Below, one piece after another: positions 57,001 to 64,000 of a stretch of 64,000 nucleotides of DNA (the stretch's first letter is position 1; each line of letters opens with the position of its first letter). The stretch is taken from NCBI RefSeq assembly GCF_000315625.1, contig NW_005434586.1, forward strand, positions 238,604-302,603, written 5' to 3'. This stretch comes from Guillardia theta CCMP2712 (lineage: Eukaryota > Protista > Cryptophyta). The position numbers and the translations under genes were made by a program. Below the pieces are notes generated by a model. The model did not search any database, had not been told where the DNA came from, and saw nothing but the letters and a program-made list of their open reading frames with translations.

Positions 57001-57097
57001 TCTGCCATCTGAGATCCTTCAACTTAGATTCGAACGTCAAGGTCTCCCGCCCGCCGCTCCCGTTCCCGCCCTGCATCGCGGCAGTAGCCTGTGTCAC
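54020..57097 (-). mobile_element. Mutator/MULE transposase-derived gene (intron-containing; SWIM finger and CCHC knuckle)
   Basis: FLGQ/DF...GKFMIITGRLGDGTVLPVAAG, ETAENTEWVWNQL, IMTGRS.AI..GV...LP, TESN, SWIM CFPCGQWQTTGRPCKHVIAV, knuckle CQICGKVGHNKRTC. No TIR pair or TSD seen. Confidence 0.8.
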
Positions 57098-57225
57098 GTT
57101 GCCTGATCAAGAAGATGATTCAAGATCTGAAGTTGTTGAACATGTTAAGTTTGTTTAGCTAAACTTGTTCGACATTTTCTGTTTGTTTAGCTAAACTTGT
57201 TCATCTGCGACACAAAATGTTTTCC

Positions 57226-57260
57226 GTACTGATTCTAAAGTTAACTTAACTTTGAGTAAA
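57226..57260 (-). promoter_or_regulatory. Conserved motif, copy C, upstream of the MULE gene
   Basis: GTACTGATTCTAAAGTTAACTTAACTTTGAGTAAA on the + strand. Confidence 0.5.
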
Positions 57261-57761
57261 GATTACGTAGGAATGGGTTCAGCTATGAAAACCAGAATAA
57301 CTCAGTCAAAGTTCCTTCGGAGATTCGGCCCGGGCCCGGGAGACTCCGGCGGCCATAAAAAAAACATCAACCTTTGACAGGTTCAGATACTCCCCTCCCT
57401 CCTGACATCTGCCGTAGTGCAGTCACAGCGCAGCGCTGATCATCCCCCCCCCCCCCCCCCCCCCTCCGGGCGGCCCCCACCTTCCCGTCTTCCGATTCTC
57501 ACTCAGGCCTTCCTCACTGCACTTGCCAGGCTAGGAACCTCCCGAGCCCGGCGGCTGCTGGAACCTTTCAAGGATCCCCTGCTCCGAGCCCCCGCTTTGC
57601 TGCAGTGCCTCCCTCCCTCCCTCCCTCCCTCCCTCCCTCCCTCCCTCCCTCCGGGCCACCCGAGTCCCTCACTTCCCCGAGTCCCCCCGGCGACCCTGTG
57701 TTCACTTTGCCGACCTCCAGCCTCATCTGAGTCTTAAGCTCCTCCGCCGCTGAGCTTCGCC

Positions 57762-60170
57762 ATGTTCTCTCCCTGGGGAGAAGACGAGACGGTCGTAGAT
57801 GTGAGAGCCTTGAGGCACCACTTCGAAGGAGAAGGCGCTATCAGGTCAGTCAAGCAGGACAAGCCCAAGAGAAAGAAGAAACAAGAGCTGGTCAGACGCA
57901 ACACCAGCCCTGATCTCCGACCCACCAAGGGCAGGAAAGAGAGGATAGTCATGGAGCAGGATACAGGGCTCTCATGGCAATCGATACAGGATGCTGCTGA
58001 GCGAGCGCAGTCGGGCGATCAACAAGCGCGAAAGGCGGAGGAGGAGAAGGCCAGCCCAAGCATGCACGGATCGGTCAGGGAGCAGGGGAGTTTCCTCAGC
58101 GTGCAGGAAGGAGACGTTGCAGACGAGGTGGACAACAGCCGGAGCAGCGAGACCCACGTCCTCAAGAACTTCACGCTCAACATCGCAACTCGTGAGCCGG
58201 TGAGGAGCCGATTCCTTGTCCTTGGTTGTTGTGGATGCTTGTCTTTATCCTCCATCCCTTGGGTCTCTGTCTCTGTCTCCCGCCACACACCCCCCCCCCC
58301 CCCCCCCACCTTTTCTTTCCCTCTCCCTCTCCCTCTCCCTCTCCCTCTCCCTCTCCCTCTCCCTCTTCCTCTCCCGCTTTCTCTTTCTCTTTCTTGCCTT
58401 CTTCACGCACTTTGCAGCACAACCACGAAGACATCCCGGTCGTGCAGCCATGGCGGCGTATGGGAGCTAAAGGAACCCCAGGTTTGCCTGAGATGCTTGT
58501 AACTAGATCTTAAGTCAGCACAGGAGTTCTTCGCAAGGGAATACTGCAGAGGAAGAGAAGTGAGCAGGTGTGAAGGGATCTGACAGCATGCTGATCGCTG
58601 CGCAGTGGAAGAAGACAGGATGATGAAAGAACAGCGCATTGCTGACATCTCGCAGAAATCTGTGAGCTCATTGAACAGCGATAAGCGGCAGATGTCGATC
58701 GGGTTCAGCAGAAACTTTTTGAGGATAAGGAATGATGGACGTCGTCATTCATGCAGGCGTTGATGTTGTCTTTGATCTCCAGGAAGAGGAATATTGTACG
58801 AGAGATCCCGGAAGCGATTGTGGGAGAAAACTTCAAATCGATGGCAAGAAGTGGCTTCATATATGACAAGAACAAAGAGGAGGATAAAGACAAGGAGGAA
58901 AGGGACCGGGAGATGATGAAAGCTTTGAACAAGCAGAGGTCAATTGAAGAAGCAAAGTTTCAAGGTGATCTTGTGCAGTGAATGTTGCGTTCGATGTTGT
59001 TTTATGAGCCATTTGATAGATCAGAGGAGTAGAGATGCTCCTTCGTACACAGAGGCCGAGAAGGAAAAGGTAAGGGATCAACGTCGGCCATGTTCTGATC
59101 CGGGTACCTTCGTCTGCAGGCCAGGGAAGAGAAAGTTCTCAGAGCTATGGTAGTTGAAGGAGTTGAGGAGATTGATTGTGATGCAGTGAGACAGGATCGG
59201 AGGAATAAAAAGCGGCTAGCACTAGAAGACATTATTGAGCAACGCAAAGCACAACAAGTCAGGCCAATCACTGTGCGTGATCTTGATCTTGTTTGCTTTC
59301 TCCGTCGACGTGAATGCATGAACAGGATCCAAACCATTCCCATCTCAAGCATCACAAGACGTTGTCACGATTCTTTGATCGATCTTCTCTCACGCGCCAT
59401 GGCAGGTCATGGGACGCCGACAGGTTTGACATCAGCGGTTACATCCAGTCGATTTCCCTCGAGGCCGCGGGCGAGGAGGACGTCCCCCCCCCGGCTCTAA
59501 AGCATGCGGCGACTACTCGGAGTAATCGCAGACGTCAAGTCAAAGAGGCTGCTGACTTGTTCCAGGTGTCATAGTCAGAGGCAAGTTTCCTCCTCTTCCC
59601 AAGAGCTCCAGCGAACCTCCTCGAACGAGAGGGCTTGACACTAGCTTCTTAGACGTTGGTCAGCTCACCACTCGCCTCTTGCTCCTCCTACTGACATCTC
59701 GCTTGTATCGCCTCTTCCTCGTAGCTCTCTACCCTCCTCTCCGTCCTCGTGTCGATGCTCGCCAGGTGAAGGCAGGGGCGAGACAGGACCTCGAGAGCGC
59801 CAGCCTGCGAGCAAAGATGAGGAAGAAGGAGCAACTCAAGGGGTCTGAGCAGGAGGAGGAGGAGGAGGAGGAGGAGAAGCCTCCGCCTCGTCAGGAGAGA
59901 CTTCTAGTGCGACGTCTCAGCAGAACATGGGAGCCTCCTGTTGTGCGCATCGTTGATCTCTCGGGGGAACAGGAAGCAAACAGTCCGCTAGCCTCCCTGC
60001 TATCGCCCAGCTGGAGGAAAAGAGAGACCTTGGAGGAGGAGGAGGATGAGGAGGATGAACAAGTCTTTCCCCTCCCTTCCTCTAGCCACCAGTCGCACTC
60101 TGACAGCAAACTCGCCATGCGGCGGTTCAGCAGGCAGGTTGACCTTGGGAGTGAACTTGAGCAGTTCCGT

Positions 60171-60212
<42 letters not shown>

Positions 60213-60311
60213 GCGACCATTCCCTCGTTCGGTCGAGCTCCCAGCACCAGGACTCTGTACTCCCAGCTCGAGGAAGCAGCTGGATCACTGACTGACTTGC
60301 TCGCAGGCTGA
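57762..60311 (+). CDS. Hypothetical charged/low-complexity protein, multi-exon
   Basis: Series of in-strand ORFs with short GT..AG introns; coding polyE and polyQ in the last exon. No domain recognised. Confidence 0.45.
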
Positions 60312-60332
60312 GGACCATAGACAACACGTTGA

Positions 60333-60444
60333 GTGATCGCTGAAACCTTAGACGTGTTGATATGGCAGTGATCGCTGAAACCTTAGACGTGTTGATATGG
60401 CAGTGATCGCTGAAACCTTAGACGTGTTGATATGGCAGTGATCG
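60333..60444. repeat. 35-bp tandem repeat x3.2
   Basis: GTGATCGCTGAAACCTTAGACGTGTTGATATGGCA at 60333, 60368 and 60403. Confidence 0.95.
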
Positions 60445-60773
60445 AGTGCACGATTTGTTTGCGAGCCTTGGCAATCAATACGATGCTGTGATGTATGTCA
60501 TACTAGCTGATATGTATAACGAATATGATATCATAAATGTCTGAATACTTGATCCCCACTGAACATGATGGGTGTCGGGCATTTCAAGCTGCTTCCTTAC
60601 TTGTTCGACATGCTGCCGGCGAGCTTGTCTACGTAGTTTCCTCTCCTCTCACTCTTCCTCCTCTTGCCTCTGCCGCTCCCACCATCTTTCCGTCTTCTCG
60701 CTTCCTTTCCCTCCGATGCGCCTCCTCCCCTGCCTGTCGTTTTGTGGTAGGGCCGTTAGGAGTGAGGAGGGGA

Positions 60774-63700
60774 ATGGCAAGCTTGTACTGCTGGGACTCG
60801 GTGCACAAGGAGGGGGTCAGTGCGCTGAGGGTGCATGGGGAAGGAGGAGAAGGGAAGTTGATCTCCGGCTCCTATGACTGCCGGTTCTGCGTGATCGACT
60901 TGGAGGTGAGAGAGGAGGAGGGAGGAGGGAGGAGGGAGGAGGGAGGAGGGAGGAGGGAGGAGGGAGGAGGGAGGAGGGAGGAGGGAGGAGGGAAAGGATA
61001 GAATATTCATATTGGAGGCAGGAGGGGGTGTGCGAGGAGACGTACAAGAGCAGTGACAGTCCCATTCACTCGCTGCATGTTGATGACCATGTCGTCTACG
61101 TCGGCAACGAGCGAGGGAGCATCTTGCTTCAAGATCTGAGGGTGTGCCAGCCTCTCGAGGGGAGGTCCGTATGCTGAAGTTGCGTCGCAGATGAAGCAAG
61201 AGTCCAGGAGGCAACTGGCTGGTCATCGAGGAGCAGTGTACTGTCTTGACAAGCACCAAGACTTCCTGTACTCGGGAGGACACGACTGTGCTCTCCGAAT
61301 GCACGACCTGCGGATGAACAAGTGTATCCGCAAGTTCAGATTCCACAACTTGCCCGTCAGCAGCGTATCGGTGAAGAGGAGGAGAGGAGAGGAGAGGAGA
61401 GGAGAGGAGAGGAGAGGAGAGGAGAGGAGAGGAGAGGAGAGGAGAGGAGAGGACGAGAGGAGAGGAGAGGAGGGGAGGGGAGGGGAGGGGGAGGGGGACG
61501 AGGGGAAAAGGAATGAGAAGAGTTGCCGGTGATTCGCAGGCAGGTCGACGATCACGCTGTGATCTCAGCGTCATGGGACGGGTACATCTCCTACTTCAAG
61601 GTCGTCTCTTCCTCTCCGACTGTCCTCACTTGGCGCTCAGGAGGAGGGGGAGCACAAACGGCTCATGGACGTCAGACGGCCCGCCAGCCCCGTGGTAGAC
61701 CTTGTGAGCTCGGATACCTACCTCTACGCTGCCATACGAGACGGGAGGCGAGCAGCGTCGGGCTCTACGATGAGACTGACGGGACCTCAGGGTACAAATC
61801 TGGTCGCGCTCTAAGATGGAGCTAGTCAGCACCATCCTAGGGCACGACAACGGAGTCTCCGCCCTCCTGCTGCAAGGGGATCGGCTCTATGCTGCCAGTG
61901 ACGACCAGACGGTCTCACTGTGGGAAGCGAAGCCCTCGAAGCCTCTGCTGACCTCCGCAAACCGCCTTGCCTCTTTCTCAGGCCACACGGCATGCGGCGC
62001 AGCATGCGAGCCAGCGGCTGACGGTCGAGCTAGGATGGGGTGCTGAGCCTGGCGTATCGAGACGGCTTGCTGTACAGCGGGAGTCACGACCAAACCATTC
62101 GCATCTGGGATGCACGGGTGACTGACTGACCTGCCCCTCTTCCTGCCCCTCCTCCTGCCCCTCTTCCTGCCCCTCCTCCTGCCCCTCCTCCTGCCCCTCC
62201 TCCTGCCCCTCCTCCTGCCTCTCCTCTTCCTCGTTTTCGTCCACCATCTCTTTTTCCTCCCTTGCCTCCTCCTCGCTCACTGACGGTGGGTCAGTCATTC
62301 GACGAGAGCACGAGGCTCGAGAAGCTGCCGAGTCACCTCCAGCAGCTCTTGCCCAGCAGCCAGCTGGAGCGAGTGCCCTCCCTTGAGGAAGGGCACGAGT
62401 GGTAGTTGCAGCTGCTCTCCCCCCCCGCGCCCCTCTCGTCACCTCTGGATGCAGGAAGATGGGGGGGTTAGGCTCGAGCTTCATCCACCCGGGTATCGGC
62501 CTCCGGCTCGGTGACGACATGCACCCTCCTGCTGTGGCAGAGATCTTCCCGGTGAGGAGAAGATGCTGAGGAAGAGGGAATGAGGAGGAAGAATTGAGGA
62601 GGAGAAGGAGGACGTGACGGGGAAGAGGAAGAGGAAGAGGAAGAGGAAGAGGAGGATGAGAAGTGCTGAAGGATCAGCAGGGGTCCGCGTGTGAGTTCTC
62701 CGGGATCAAGATAGGGGATGTGATCACGGGAGTAAATGGGGTGAGCATAGAGACAGCAAAGGACTTGAGCAGGCAGATCGCAGAAGCTCCTGAGCACGAC
62801 GCTGTGGATTTCTCCTTCCTACGGCATGGAAGCGACGAGAATCTGCAGGAGATGAACGCGCGGATAGTCCCGACCATCGAGGAGAAGGATGAGACATCAG
62901 AGCAAACCAGTTTCACTGATGGTGCTGTTGACTTAGTCTCCTTCCTCCTCAGCTACTGACGGCTATGACAGCAAGGCAGCTCATGTATGCTCTAGTAGAT
63001 ATCCTAGAGGGGAAGGAGAACGTGTGGGATCAGGTCAATGACGTTCACAAGATCATCTTTGACCACACTGGTTCGACTTTTCATGTTTGTCAGGCTAACA
63101 ACTGACCTTGAGCTCTAGAGATGTTCGACAAGATCATGATCAAGTATAGCGACGTGGAGTGCACCTACCTGAGGCTAAGAGATCTTTGGCTCCTCCTCCA
63201 CCGCTGCAAGCTCGTCAAACCGCACAGATCACTCGCAGACATGGACCGGACCATGTGGCTCCCTCGCATCCGGCAGCTCTATCCCCTCCCCCGCGTCCAT
63301 CGACTTAAGGTGCGAACAAAGAGACTCGCGTACTCCCAGCTCATCCCTCCCAGAACCTTCACGATCCCCAGAGCAAGTTGACGGCCAACGACCTGCTGCA
63401 AGGCCTCGTCCGCCTCGCCAACGTCAAGTACTCGAAGCAGCGAGACTTGGCCGCCAGGCTCCGCCGGCTGATCGAAAAGCGCATCCAACCACACGCTCTG
63501 GCGGAGGTGACGTCCTTGTACGAGGGGACAGGTCTTGGCCAGCTGGAGCAGGTAGAGGGAGGAGCTGTGTGAGAGAGCCTGACGCCTCCTCAATCAAGGG
63601 GATGCCGCCGCACCAGGAGCGGATGGTCATGCGGTCGTTTGGGAGGTTCTGCAAGGACCCGACGAGGGGCCTGCAGGTCCAAGAGTTTGCCGAGGCTGTC

Positions 63701-64000
63701 AAGGTTGAGCAGAGCACTGCTGTGGTGGTGGTGGTGACCGACGGTTCGGTGCAGGTGCTCAACGTCAAGGGGCCCGTCCCTTCAGGCACCCTCTACTTGT
63801 ACCTCCTCTTGATGACTCTGTGTGCAGACCTTGCGTCCAAGGTCTTCCGCAAGTGCAAGTGTTTCTTCTTGTGCCGACAACTAGAGGAGCTGGAGGAAAC
63901 AGCCGGGAAGACAGCCATTGACACTGATGCCGAGGTTAATCGTGCTCCTAGTCTCAGTAGACACTCACAGTCTGGCAGTTGGTGCCCGATGAGTTCTGGA
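60774..64000 (+). CDS. WD40-repeat plus PDZ domain protein, multi-exon, truncated by window end
   Basis: WD repeats LISGSYDCRFCVID, LAGHRGAVYCL...LYSGGHDCALRMHD, GHDNGVSALL...ASDDQTVSLWE. PDZ SACEFSGIKIGDVITGVNGVSI. Confidence 0.75.

Noticed and set aside
60333-60444. 35-bp repeats as a CRISPR array
   Set aside because: Head-to-tail with no spacers, no cas genes, eukaryotic context.

Overview
Eukaryotic, gene-dense nuclear DNA with many short (about 45-60 nt) GT-AG introns and longer introns filled with purine/pyrimidine simple repeats. Bipartite signal+Phe plastid presequences, an RWP-RK factor, a LysM protein and the intron style point to an alga with a secondary red plastid, most likely a cryptophyte such as Guillardia (inference). 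Recognisable genes: NPSN-type SNARE, NADAR protein, Tic62-like NAD(P)-binding protein, LysM protein, ADP-ribosylglycohydrolase of the SelJ/J1-crystallin type, Lon-N protein, polycystin-2-type channel, villin-headpiece protein, makorin, RWP-RK factor, SMP/DysF/C2 lipid-transfer protein, MFS transporter, GH36 raffinose-synthase/Sip1 protein, a Mutator (MULE) transposase-derived gene and a WD40+PDZ gene running off the end. There is a 100-N gap at 43007-43106. The most unusual signals are (1) a three-copy small-protein family whose reading frame is revealed by synonymous substitutions, two copies being transcribed divergently from a palindrome-rich GC island; (2) recurring GC/CpG islands at gene 5' ends with a conserved 30-bp oriented edge motif; (3) a DysF domain apparently nested inside an SMP domain; (4) a MULE gene with two key residues substituted. 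Exon boundaries were read by eye and are approximate.
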